From the NCBI RefSeq assembly GCF_018350175.1, contig NC_058373.1, positions 110,858,001 to 110,922,000 on the forward strand: a stretch of 64,000 bases of DNA, read 5' to 3'. This DNA is from Felis catus. Lineage: Eukaryota. Position numbers and translations under genes: made by a program. Below, in pieces: positions 51,610 to 64,000 of this stretch (position 1 is the stretch's first letter; each line of letters opens with the position of its first letter). Under the pieces are notes generated by a model. The model had not been told where the DNA came from. It was given only the letters and a program-made list of their open reading frames with translations, and did no database searches.

Positions 51610-52261
51610 CATGAAGTTACATGAAAATGATGTTACAACTGTATAATACCCCAAGGTATTCTTACAAGTAATATACAGTATCTCCTTGTATCAGGTTTGT
51701 GGGTCTGCTCAATATGCATGCTCTCATAGCAAAAATGAAAGTGTATAGTAGGTGGAGTCTATTGTCATTACCCTATTACTCCTTCTGCAACTCTCTTTCC
51801 CTTTCACCCCTGTCTTAAGCATCCATGTTCTCTTAACCTCCCTTGATGCCAGGTACCTCCACTGAGTTGAATGATCTAACTTAATTCCCTATCATTATAA
51901 ATTCCTCACAGGGAAGCCATTTTCACCTTGGAGGTCCTTGCGCTTGGTAGGTACTCATTTAGTACATGTTAATTGGATGAAACAGATGTATCTACTTTCC
52001 CAAGATGCCAGACTAGCCCTCCCAGGGAACACATCTTAGTAAGGGCCTTATGGAAATGTAATATCTTACCCAAAGGAGGGCTATGAAAGAGACAATTTAG
52101 GAGCCAAACCAGGCCAGTGGGTTTTAAATAGTTGGTCAGACAGACTACTCAGCACTTCTAAATTATGCAAGAGAATCAACTGTGTACTGTATCTATAGGA
52201 GCCAGATCTACCAATAGCGTCCCTGAAAAGTATAAACTTAACCCAATATAAAACTTGTGCT

Positions 52262-52504
52262 GGGGCGCCTGGGTGGCGCAGTCGGTTAAGCGTCCGACTT
52301 CAGCCAGGTCACGATCTCGCGGTCCGTGAGTTCGAGCCCCGCGTCAGGCTCTGGGCTGATGGCTCAGAGCCTGGAGCCTGTTTCCGATTCTGTGTCTCCC
52401 TCTCTCTCTGCCCCTCCCCCGTTCATGCTCTGTCTCTCTCTGTCCCAAAAATAAATAAACGTTGGGAAAAAAAAACAAACAAACAAACAAAAAAAAAAAC
52501 AAAC
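52262..52504 (+). mobile_element. Young SINEC_Fc-type SINE with (AAAC)n tail
   Basis: CpGs intact; TSD AAACTTGTGCT at 52251-52261 and 52505-52515. Confidence 0.94.
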
Positions 52505-53685
52505 AAACTTGTGCTAGGAGACAGACCCTGGGCTGAGAGAAGGAGCTGTCCAAGGTTAAGGAATGTGGAGAGAAGGGGGTCAGCATGAAGCCCATATTTC
52601 CTGCCTTCTAGAGTTATACTCAGACCTCTTAGCCTCACTGCTGTCCTGGCCATAACCAAGGACTTTGATGAATTTCCAATCCTATTCTAGTATCTTGTAT
52701 TTGACACAGCATCAAGGCAAGCATTCATAAATAGGTTGACATTATTCATTAATTCCACAATTTTTTATTGAATAGCACCCTACAAAGCTATAAAATACTT
52801 CGGTAGAAATAAAATAAAATGTGTGCAAAATCTATAGGCTGAAAGTTCAAAACATTGGTGAAAGAAGTTAAAGATCTAAATAAATGGAGAGATATACCAT
52901 GCCCATTGATTGAAAGATTCAAAATGATTAAGATGTCAATTTTCCCCAAACTGATCTACATATCAATGCAATACCAGGCAAAATCTCCATAGAATTTTTT
53001 TGTGTGTGGAAATCAACAAGCTGATTCTAAAATTTCCATGGCAAGACAAAGAAAATAGAACAGCAAAATCACTTTGAACAAAATGACAAAACTTGAGGAC
53101 TCACATGACCTGATTTTAAGATTTATCACAAAACTACAATCATCAAGATAGTATAGTATGACAAAAGGATAGGCCAATAGGTCAATGGAATAAAGTCTAG
53201 AAATAGACTGACATATATGGGGAAAATGATTTTTGACAAAAATACAAAAACCATTTAATGGAGAAAGATAGCCTTTTCAACAAATGGTGAACTAGATATC
53301 ATATGACAAAGAGAATGAACCTTGGTATGAACCATGCCTCATAGCACAAACAGAAATTAACCCAAAATGGATTATAGACCTAAGTGGAAAACCTGGACTT
53401 CCAGAAAAAAACTTTTAAAAACAGGAGAAATCTTTGTAATGTTGGGTCACATAAAATATTTTAGGTGTAATACCAAAAGTATAACCCATAAAGAATCAGG
53501 TATCCTAAAAGAAAAAAACTGATAAATTTGGTCACCAAAAGTAAAAATGTCTGCTCTTCAAAAGACATTGTTAAGAGAATGAAAACACAAGTTTCAGGCT
53601 GGGAGAAATTATTTGAAACACATATCTGATAAAGAACTTTTACCTAGAATACATAAAGAACTCTCAATTAAAAAACAAGACCTCA

Positions 53686-53865
53686 GGGGTGCCTGGGTGG
53701 CTCAGGCAGTTGAGCATCTGACTTTGGCTCAGGTCATGATCTCTTGGCTCATGAGTTCAAGCCCTGCATCAGACTCTCTGCTGTCAGTGCAGAGCCTGCT
53801 TCAGATCCTCTGTCTCCCTCTCTTCTCTTCTCTCTTTCTCAAAAATAAACAAAAAAATTAAAAAA
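53686..53865 (+). mobile_element. Can-SINE inserted in L1
   Basis: TSD AAAAAACAAGACCT on both sides. Confidence 0.88.
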
Positions 53866-54044
53866 AAAAAACAAGACCTTGACTACAAATGACTAAAAGA
53901 TTTATACAAATGTTTCATCAAAAAAAGAGATATGGATGGCAAATAAACACACGAAAAGACGCTCAACTTCATTTGTCATTAGGAAAATTCAAATTAAAAC
54001 CACAATAAGATACTACTACATACCTATTAGAATGTGGTTTTTTA

Positions 54045-54253
54045 GGGGCGCCTGGGTGGCTCAGTCGGTTAAGTGTCCGACTTCGGCTCAGGTCACGATC
54101 TCACGGTCCGTGAGTTTGAGCCCCGCGTCGGGCTCTGTGCTGACAGCTCAGAGCCTGGAGCCTGTTTCAGATTCTGTGTCTCCCTCTGTCTCTGCCCCTC
54201 CCCTGTTCATGCTCTGTCTCAAAAATAAATAAACGTTAAAAAAAATTTTAAAA
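54045..54253 (+). mobile_element. SINEC_Fc-type SINE
   Basis: TSD AGAATGTGGTTTTTTA at 54029-54044 and 54254-54269. Confidence 0.92.
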
Positions 54254-54269
54254 AGAATGTGGTTTTTTA

Positions 54270-54816
54270 ATGCTATTAAAACACCACTGACTTATTCCCT
54301 ATGCTGTACTGTACTTTCCATCCCTGTGACTTATCCATTCCATAACTGGAAGGCTGTGCCTCACATTCCCCTACACCCATTTTACCAATCTCCCAACCCA
54401 CCTTCCCTCTGGCAGCCATCAGTTTATTCTCTGTATTTATGGGTCTGTTTCTGTTTTTATTTATTTGTTTTGCTTTTTTTTTTAGATCTCACACATAAGT
54501 GAGATCATATGGTATTTGTCTTTGTCTCATCCATCCATGTTGTCGCAAATGGCACAATCTCATTCTTCTTTATGGCTGAGTGGTATTCCATTGTATACAT
54601 ATACCATTCATCTATCGATGGGTTCTTGGGTTGCTTCCATATCTTGGGTGATGTAAATAATACTATAAAAAACTTAGGGGCACATATGTCCTTTCAAATT
54701 AGTGTTTTCCTTTTCTTTGGGTAAATACCTATAGTGGAATTACTGGATCACATGGTATTTCTCTTTTTAACTTTTTGAAGGAAACTTCATACTGTTTTCC
54801 ACAGTGGCTGTACCAG
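54270..54816 (-). mobile_element. Antisense L1 3' fragment inserted in the old L1
   Basis: CCATCCATGTTGTCGCAAATGGC...GGGTAAATACCTATAGTGGAATTACTGGATC...ACTGTTTTCCACAGTGGCTGTACCA is reverse L1 ORF2 end and 3'UTR. Confidence 0.85.
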
Positions 54817-57009
54817 TAGAATGGTTTTTAAAGATAAAAACTGACAATAACAAGTGCTGTTCAGTATGCAGAGCAACTAATCTCTCAAACATTGCTGGTG
54901 GGATTGCAAAATAGTACAGACACTTTGAAAAAGAGTTTTTCAGTTTCTCATAAAATTAAATATACATATACCATAAGACCCAGTGATCCTATTTGTAGAA
55001 AGGAAGGAAGGAAGAATAAACTTCTTTATTCATAATGTCCCCAAATTGGAAACAACCTAAATGTTCATTAGCTGGCGAACAGATAAACCAACTGTGGTAC
55101 ATTCACACAATATTCAGTGATAAAAAAGAATTGACATACATATAACATGAATGAATCACAAATGCATTATGCTATATGAAAGAAGCTGGACTCAAAAGGC
55201 TACATACTACATTATTCAATTTATGTGACATTCTGGAAAGGGCAGAATTATAAGGACAGAAAACCAATCAGTGGCTGCCAGGGGTTAGGGTCAGGGAAAG
55301 GGACTGACAACAAAGGGCATCAGGGAATTCTTGGGGGGGCAGGGGTGACTGTGGTGGTGCTTATATACTGCATGCATTTGTTACACTTACAGAAATGGAC
55401 ACGGAAAAGAGTGAATTTTACTGTATGTAAATTATACCTCAATAAACCTAAGAACAAACATTAAGACTAAAATTATAAACAAATAAAAACACTAAAAGCA
55501 ATTACTTATTATGTACCTACTACGTACAGATCTTTGTTATGAACTGCTCTGATAATAATGATGTAAGATGATTATTATAATTTATTTTGAAATGAGAGGT
55601 TTTTCTCAAGCGAGGTAGTAGAATGGAGGGTGCAAGTATGGTGTAGGCATGGATTCTACCCTCAGGCTGCCTAAGATACGGATATAAATAATCATACAAT
55701 AAGACAGAATTATCTAAGTGTCAAAAGGGAGGCATAAATAAAATGCCATGGGATTTCAGAGGCAGGACAGAATACTGAATGCTGGAGAAATGAGAGAAGT
55801 TTTCAAGGAAGAGATGGCATTTAGTGTGGTGCTGATGACAGGGAGTGATGATTTTATTGTCAGGGTAAACAATGTTTATCAAAAAGTCTTCTCATGCAAT
55901 TTCTCTTTGATCCTAACAACTCTGAGACAGGGGCGGGGGGAGGGGGGACACTATCATGTTAGTTTCAGTTCAACTAAAACTTAGAAATCAAGTTTCTTAT
56001 TCACACTTGGGTGGCAAAGTCAAGGCTTGAACTTAGGTCTTCTGAGAGTTTGGCTCATGCTCTGCTCCATGGTACACCCATCCAGAAGAAAAGCTCTTCC
56101 TTCTCATGAGAGAGAGAGGGGTGGGGTGGGGGGCTGCTAATGGCCCATTTCCATCTTAGGATGTCTCCAAGAGAGTGGGCCACTTCTAGCCTTTCTGAAT
56201 ATTGAGAATATCCTACAAGGCTAACATGCTTATTTCAGTCTTTGCTGCACGTGGAATGAGAACCAACAGAGAGGAGATCTTCTGTGACATTTGTTTAAAT
56301 TCATGGTTTAAAGGTCTCAAAATATCCTTTATAAATACTAAAAAAGCAAAAGCCTTGAAAGTTACAAAGATAATATTGACTGCTGCAAATGCATGGTCAT
56401 ATACATAACCCTGAAATTGTTTAAGATACAACCCCAGACCTTTAGAGCAAATTAAGTACACTGTGCTCACTCTTAGAGGGGCTCGGTTCTTCAAAAGGAG
56501 GCTATTCTAAGAAGCCTCCTTATGACTTGAAAGAGAATACTTGTTCATAAACCTCACCTGGTACAGCCATGACCCACAGAGCCCTTTCTTCATCATTCCC
56601 TCATGCATTTGGGAATTCATGCGGCATACACCTCTGAGCTCCTTGCTTTGTGTGCTAACCACTGGGCTAGAGATCATCTTTGTCTAGGGAAGAAACATAT
56701 CACCAGGGAGATGGCCTCGACATTTTGTTGCTATCTCCAACTTTGTTTTTTGCAAATTTAAAAAATAACAAGACAGTGCCATTGTGCACATCAAGCTAGT
56801 TAACCAAGTATTTCCTGAATGGATACTGTGTAAGTGCTTGTATTGAGATGGTCCTTGTCCTAAAGGAGCTTACAGGTAATGTAAACATTCCACATGGGCA
56901 CAACTGGAGAAACTTTCTCTTTTCTGTGCTCCAGCTTTCTCACCTGGCTAACAGGGAGTGAATTTCTCCAGCTATAAAGCTGTGGCCATCAAATATTTAT
57001 CGAGAGCTT

Positions 57010-57210
57010 CGCTGGTGCCAGGCACTGGATTCACAAATACCATTGCATTGAGTGCTCACAGCAAAGCTGTGACGCAGCCACTCTCATTGTCCCCATTTTA
57101 TAGGTGAGGAGACCTAGGCATTTGAGGGATCAGTAGTCCCCCAGTCCTTCAGCCAGTAAAGGAGGGAACCAGGATTCAAACCCAGGCAGTGTGGCTCAGA
57201 GCCCCTGCTT
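57010..57210 (-). mobile_element. MIR fragment
   Basis: CCCCATTTTATAGGTGAGGAGACC...CAGGATTCAAACCCAGGCAGT. Confidence 0.7.
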
Positions 57211-58249
57211 GACCAGAGCCCTCTGCAGGAAGGAATGTGGACATAAAAGGAGCAGGGTACTTATAAACAGTGTTTAAATCATCTGAGACAGATTCGTCCA
57301 CATCCAGCTCAACACCAGGCAACAAGAACATCAAGAAAGGCAACAGGAAGGAAAGATGATCTATGCTGGGAGGCCAAAGAGGCCCTGTAGGGTCACAGTT
57401 AATTTAACCTTGAGATTTCAGAACATGAATACACCAGGTTTCTAGCCTACATCACACATTTCCTCTGGGGATCTCCAAGCACCTTTTCCCCCAAATCATC
57501 AGACACACAGAGAAGACAGGGAAGCAAGGTTGGGTAACTTTCCCAGGACAAACAAGTGAAGGAAACTGTTCATATCTAATTCCCCAGCTCCCCTCTTAAG
57601 TCCCACTCTATTTTTAGGGTCCCTCCTTAACACAACACACATCTATTTACAGAAGAAGGGAAATTCCAATGTGCACAACTGAAGAGGGTTTCTTGAAGAA
57701 GGTTTTCCAAAGTGCTGCAGTTTGATAACACTCTCTCATATCTGTTAAAGAGCGTGGCAAATGTTATCATCTGAAAGCACCTGGAGCAAGGATACCCCAG
57801 TTCCCAGCACTGTAAATGGGCTACCCACAAGCTTCCAATGACAGCACATCAGCGCCTCACCCTGTAATCAGTCTGAGCTGCTCTGCTCACAAGGTAACTG
57901 CTACCACATTCCTCTCTTAAAGAGGCCTGACTCCAAATAGCTTGGCCAGGGGCAGCAAGAGCTGCCAAGTGCTGGCCATTCCTGGGGAGGCATGTGTGTG
58001 GCCAGGGCGATGGACACACAAGCCAGGGTAGGTCATCTGAAAGGTACAGAGAAGTGAGTGGTCATTGCTAAAATAGTCTGCAAGCAACTCCAAAAAGCTT
58101 GCCACACCTCATCGTTCCCTAGTCTGTGGTGGCAATACTCCATTCAGCAAGGACTTGAACCAGCTTCCAGAAAGAACCAGAGGGTATCACACAAGGGATT
58201 TAGTGCCAGAAATAGACTAAGGTGACTTTGATCTGGGGAAGTGCACCGG

Positions 58250-58470
58250 GTGGTGTGGCATAGTGGTTAGGGGCATCTGGGGTTAGACTGCCAGAGATGA
58301 CTCCAAACTTAGCTGCTCACTAGCCGTATGGCCTTACGCCATTTATTTCAACTCTAAACCGCCCTTTATCTATAAAGTGGAGTTAATAATAGCCACCACC
58401 TTACAGATTGGTGTTTGGATCTAATGAGATAACGTATTTGGGGTCCTTACCAGAGCACCTGGCATGGAGC
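58250..58470 (+). mobile_element. MIR fragment
   Basis: GGCATAGTGGTTAGGG...CTATAAAGTGGAGTTAATAATAG...ATGAGATAACGTA. Confidence 0.65.
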
Positions 58471-59959
58471 ACAGCCCTGAATACTTGTATGCCACTAGCA
58501 CTGTGCCAGGTCTCTTGCTATTTCCACAACTCAGAAGAATGAATCGTTAGCCCCTCTTTATGCATCCAGTTTCTCCAGTAATAAACAGCAGTTAGTCCCC
58601 GCTCTGCTCATGGCATTTAAAAGCTGGGGACGTGTAGAAACGGAGGGATTTTTTAATGATCAGAAATGTTATCCAGTATTGACATGGCATCTACATGGGT
58701 ACTGGCCATCTTACCCTTTTGGGGTATCTGTGTAGAGCCTCTAAATGTCAGATGACAGATTTCTGAGTAAAACAAGCAGCCTGTGCTTTTGCACTTCTCA
58801 AGGCTTTTATGGTGCCAGGAACAGGCATGAGAGAGCAACCATCTCCCATGAGGTCCCAGACACATGCGTACAAGAGATACTCAGGGGGAAGGATGCAGAG
58901 CAGTCCTGCTGTTGCTGCTCAAGATTCGTCGTGTGACACCACCCCCTCCTCTATCTTCCCTCCAGTGGAGGGAGAAATGTCTTTACTCCATTGGGGGGAG
59001 ACAACAAATTAGTGTCTGAATGTTTGCCACAATTTTTCCACAACAAACAAAGCAGTAACTTCCTTACTTTCTCATTTTAACTTGGTCATAGCCTTGTCAC
59101 AATCTCTAGCTTCTCATCCTAGGAAAAAAAGGGGTGGGAGTGACCTTCTGCTAAGAGTTAGCATGGGTTTCAGGCTTGTTCCAAGGGCTGCCTTCTGTGG
59201 ATGAAAGCAGTCAGCTGTCAAGCCAACCCAAGGAGCTGGGCTCTGAGAGAAGAGTGGATTGGGCATGGAGGGGAACGCTGCCTGGCTCATATTGGCAGCT
59301 TACCCTCTACAGCCAGTTGCAGACTCAGAGAGTATCAGCATCGATCTTTTCTTCACTTATGCTCATGTGCCCTGACCCAAACCGTTCCACCATCACCACT
59401 AGCCTCCCATCCCGGAACAGAACTGTTTTAGCCTAGGCAGGACTATTAATTAGGTGTATTTCCTTTCAGCTAACCTAATATGTTTTGTTGGGTTACTTTT
59501 AATTATAAAAGTGATGTCTTCTAGGCCTTTAGAAGATCCCAACCAACAACCAAAAAGGTTGCAGTTGAGATCCAACCACGGCAGAGTATATCTGTCCTCA
59601 AAATGGTGCATCCAAGCTCAGCAGAGAATCCTTATGTGAGTGTGTGATGGCTGTGCTTGCCAAGAGCCGCTCAGCAGGAATCCCAATGTAAAAAGCACTG
59701 GCTAGAAACCCAATCTTCTTTATTTTTACAGTTACCTTTGATCACGAGAGCATGAATGCCCTCAGTCATGAACTGTCCACAGCTATTTCCACCCAAATCC
59801 TCTCCCTGCACTCCAGGTGGCCAAACCACTGACTACTCATCTGTGATGGGATCAGGTCCCAACACACAACAGACATTGTTGTACCTTCAACAACAGACAT
59901 TTGTGGAATACCATCACAGAAAACAACAACAAAAACAACAATCATGTCTGTGAGGACTT

Positions 59960-60110
59960 AGTATATGGCAGGCTCTATGCTAAATGCCTGGTACACATAA
60001 CTCGTTTCATTATCGATACACTCCTACGAGTGATTTTCATTTTCTTCATTTTATAAATGAAGAAACTAAAGCTTATAGAAGTTAAGGAACTTGTCCCAGG
60101 TCACAGAACC
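59960..60110 (-). mobile_element. MIR fragment
   Basis: CATTTTATAAATGAAGAAACTAAAGCTTATAGAAGTTAAGGAACTTGTCCCAGGTCACA. Confidence 0.7.
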
Positions 60111-60733
60111 ATGAGCGGCAAGAGGTGAAGCGTGACCTATACGTGCCTGCCCTGATCTGACAGCATAACTTTTGGATGAATTGCTGCTCACGACCATTTT
60201 CAACTTTGTTAACGGTCCACTAATTCACATTAACATTTAGCAGGACTTCAATTGAAAAGAAACATCAAGATGCTAGGGTTTTCCATAAATACCTCCCATT
60301 TATAAAAGTTGGATTTACTATTCTTCCATTCCCCATCCTATTTCTACCAAAAATAGCCAAACATTTCCAAAATACATCCAAACTGCGTTTTGGGGATCCC
60401 ACCTAATCTAAGACCTCAGTATTTAGGAAGCCATCTGGCTCCTGTGTTGCCTTTGAGACCACAGCGTGCTACTTCAAAAATCGAGAAGAAACTGCTATTC
60501 CTAACAGGCCTGAGCATTTCAGGTCACTAACCCAACCAGAAATAAGACCCGGAAGTCCCAAGTCCTTGAACTGTTGTTCTCACTATGGATAAGAAGTAAT
60601 ACTCCCATGTTAAAAAGAGAGACTGATGGATAGACATACATTGAAAACAAGCAAAAACACTCGAAAATGCAAGATCCAAAGCAATCCATAACCAAGCCAG
60701 CCCAGGACTGCCATATGAAAGGAACCCCTCGGT

Positions 60734-60839
60734 CCCCACCCATTATCTGGGCATGACAGCACTGGCCCGCTCCCCTTCCTTATCTCTTTTTGTGCCCTAC
60801 ACAGTTTGCTACACCCACTACATGTAGACACCCTTATCA
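60734..60839. promoter_or_regulatory. Candidate erythroid enhancer (GATA1/TAL1/KLF1 motif cluster)
   Basis: Three WGATAR sites and three CACCC boxes in about 105 bp; motif evidence only. Confidence 0.45.
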
Positions 60840-61465
60840 GAAAATATCCACTTAACAAGTGTTTGCCTTTGAACAGAAGTAGATGGTTAGCCCGCCAAAT
60901 GTTGGTAACTCTGTGTATGCTTAGTGGTATATATATTACGAACACATACATGAAGCTCATGAACACAGAACAGACACTAACTGCAGGGCACAAGTCACAT
61001 ATGTCTTTGGGAACTGCCAACTTATTTACAAGCTGTAAATCTGAGCTTGTCAACGAAAACACTTGCCACTCCCCTCCTCCCTATCAACTAGAAATTGAAA
61101 TGAACAAAAGTTGCTTCTCTGTGAATAATTCACATTCATTCATTCCCTAGATATTTTCTGAGCACAGCGCTATGTTCTTAAATTTAAAATTTTACCAAAC
61201 TGTAGGATTCTGGAGATGAAAGGTTGTGGTACTAGTCTTAGGAGACAGCAGGATCACCCATCTTACAGACTTACCAAGATGTAACAGCCTTTGACAGTAT
61301 GAAATTATGAGTTTTTTAGGGATCAGAGCTTCCCATCTGTGTATCTAACATTGTGAAATGATCACATCTGCAACAGGCTTATCAATGGTCTTCATTTTTG
61401 AGTCAAATTATTTCTTAGTCCGTTTAAATTTTATCATTTTGGTATGTATGTATGTACGTATGTAT

Positions 61466-61577
61466 TTTTAAGATTTTTATTTTCTTAAAGTAATCTCTAC
61501 ACCCAACATGGGGCTTGAACTTACAACCTCAAGATCAAGAGGCGCACGCTCCACCAACTGAGCCAGCCAGGTGCCCC
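61466..61577 (-). mobile_element. Short Can-SINE with (TATG)n beside the tail
   Basis: TSD TCATTTTGGT at 61434-61443 and 61578-61587. Confidence 0.85.
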
Positions 61578-63771
61578 TCATTTTGGTTTTTAATGTGTGT
61601 GTGTTGTTTGGTAAATATATTTTGTGGTCAGGTATTTTGGGCCAATATTGATTCCTAAAATATACATTCTACATTTTATGTATAAAGTAGGCAGACCATG
61701 AGGTTGAGATAAAATTTTTAATGGCTTCACGGTTCTTAAAATATTGAACACCACCACTGTAAAGCAATGCTGCGACCACAGCCTAAAGCACCTAGTGAAA
61801 TACAAGATGCTACGTTCCCGTATCACCTGCTGTGATCAGAATGAAAGCAGAGAACTGTTACTCTTGACTTGTGGTAAGTAACTTGATTATAATGCATCAG
61901 GATGACTGGAATTCCCTTCTCCCTACACAGAGAAGCCTGATCTCAACAACAGAACAAAGCCCACATGGTAATTAAAAACCCTGCCCCAGAAGTGGAGTGG
62001 GGAGTGAACCTCATTCTCCTTAAACACTTGGAAACATCAGAAAACACTGGGGTGGGAGAGAAAGAGGGAGTTGTTAAGGACCCTCAAAGCTAGGTACTAC
62101 AGCTTTGTAGGTACTACCTACTCTGTAGGTACTACAAAGGCTATGTGTACAAGGGTTAGAGGGCCTGTGCTTTGCAGAGCATGTTTGGCTAAAGCGGTCT
62201 AGACAATACACAGCTGCAGAAAGCCTGTGCAGGTATGCGGCTGGGGGGTGGTGTAGGTCCTATGCTCCTGCAAGGGCAGCTGAATGCACAGGTTATATTC
62301 GTAGCTGGATGAAAGCACAAAGCAGATAAACGTGTGCACCTGTGTTGTGGCAGCTGATTAATTCAATTAATATTTACTGAGCACCTGCAGGGCTCATGGC
62401 AGTGTACTGTAGGAAAAGGAAGTATCCTCTGCCTTCAAAAAATTCATGATCTCTTTACAATAAGGCAATGACGGGGAGATGATATAACTGAGCATGCTTA
62501 GGTACTGTATGAACCATATACACGAATGGCTTATTTGAATTGGGTTCTCAACATGTCAGAAAGGGCCTGTCTCACTGATTTTTCACATGCTTGAATGCTG
62601 ACAGCAAGAAGTCAACTCAACAGATTCCAATCTCCTCTAGCAGATAAGGTGAAAGGGACATCAAGCACTCCAGCCATACCTCAGAGCAGAGGAGCCCATG
62701 TGTTTGGAGAGAGAAGTACTTGCCAAAAGCATGAATGTCTAAGTCCAGGCTGGTCTGCAGCTAGTCTACTAAGCTTCCAAGAACCAATCACCCACTAGTA
62801 GAGCCTCTATCCTGATGTTACTTAACAGCCATAAAAGCTACTTGGTCTGTATGTAGAATCACTTCAGGGTATGATCCCCCTCGTTTTTCACAGGCTTTGC
62901 AGCCTTGAGCCTAGTTAGTTTTAGGACAGGTATCCAGTCTTCAAAGACTCAGAAAGTTAAAACAGAAATTCACTAGAAACAGTGGCCCAACAGACCTGTG
63001 AAGAGAGCCCAACTTGGCTGCTGGTCATCACTCCTAAAAAAAAAAATCAAAGGCCAAAATCCTGGCCACATGAGGTATATTCTGTCTGCATGAGGGAAGA
63101 TGGGCAGAACATATCTGCAGATAGCCCTTTCTCCAGTATAAGGTTTTGCTAAGAGGACCCTAATGTGAACATCTAGAGCAGACTTTTCCAACCTGTGTCC
63201 AGAGGGCACTGGGGACTGGGTAGATGAATAGGAAAAGCTTATTCGTCTATCCTTCAGGTACCTTGCCAGGTTGGCGACAGCTCCTTCAAGCCACACTGGC
63301 TTTGAGTCAGAATGTCAACTCAGAAGAGGAAATCTGGGGCTGGGAAGAACCACCAAATTCTTAAGCCCAAACAGCAAGAAGAGAGTCTATGATGAAAGCA
63401 TTTACTTCTATCAGGCAACCGGCCAGCTGGTGGGAAATACTGAGCTATTATATTCCCTTCCTTTACAGGCTAGGTTCAAAATAGACCACTTGAAACTCAC
63501 TACGGAGTTCATGCCTAAGGGGGCATCCCACCCTCTGCTGTTGTATCAACAAGCACAGACTAGCTCTTGAAAAGAAGTGTATCTCATTTCCCTCACTGCA
63601 AGCCTCTCCATGGTTGAGACAAAGGGAACCACTCCGTAGCACCCTCACACTTCCACTTCGTCCACAGTGTCTAAGCAGTGATCACACACACCCTTTCTCT
63701 GCAGAGTGCTTTGATCCCTCTCATCTGTATCCTCACATTTATACTGATCAAGAGAAGATATTTAAAACCAC

Positions 63772-63994
63772 TTTTTTTTTAATGTTTATTTATTTTTGAA
63801 GGAGACAGAGACATAGTGTGAGTTGGGGGGGGGGGGGGCGGGGGCAGAGAGAGAGGGAGACACAGAATCTGAAGCAGGCTCCAGGCTCTGAGCTGGCAGC
63901 ACAGAGCCCAACCTGGGGCTCAAACCCACAAACCGCGAGATCATGACCTGAGCTGAAGTCAGATGCTCAACTGACTGAGCCACCCAGGCGCCCC
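63772..63994 (-). mobile_element. Can-SINE
   Basis: Reverse head ending GCCACCCAGGCGCCCC; internal poly-G. Confidence 0.9.
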
Positions 63995-64000
63995 TTAAAG

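Larger units (their letters stand above)
52790..55445 (+). mobile_element. Old L1 (ORF2 3' half to 3' end) interrupted by later insertions
   Basis: AAAGATCTAAATAAATGGAGAGATATACCATG..., translation MANKHTKRRSTSFVIRKIQIKTTIRYYY, 3' end TGTAAATTATACCTCAATAAA. Confidence 0.82.

Noticed and set aside
2560..63983. Recurring ORFs such as MAQSVKRPTSAQVMISR...SLEPASDSVSPSLSAPP and GRGRERGRHRI
   Set aside because: Translations of Can-SINE sequence, not a gene family
1..64000. A novel multi-gene system, CRISPR array or prokaryotic operon
   Set aside because: All credible coding signal belongs to spliced SPTB exons or L1 remnants; the recurring ~200-bp units are dispersed SINEs with TSDs, not repeat-spacer arrays

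Overview
Eukaryotic (mammalian) genomic DNA, almost certainly from a cat-family species: it is dense in tRNA-derived Can-SINEs of the feline SINEC_Fc type and carries carnivore-type L1 3' ends. The window holds the 5' part of SPTB (erythroid beta-I spectrin) on the minus strand. I traced 17 coding exons from the ATG at 37744 down to position 496. All have GT-AG boundaries and compatible phases, and together give 3855 nt (1285 codons) covering CH1, CH2 and roughly nine spectrin repeats. The gene continues beyond position 1. The first coding exon has a splice acceptor at 37796-37797, so 37.8-64 kb is upstream intron with candidate alternative promoters and enhancers; the main first exon is not identifiable here. 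The rest is SINE, L1, L2, MIR, MaLR and DNA-transposon debris plus microsatellites. I see no novel multi-gene system. The most interesting signals are regulatory or splicing hypotheses: a 51-nt in-frame cryptic cassette exon, a uORF whose stop overlaps the SPTB start codon, a dense GATA/CACCC module, a candidate proximal promoter and first exon, a re-splicing motif, tight inverted SINE pairs and nested insertions. Repeat boundaries are approximate and family names were assigned by eye.
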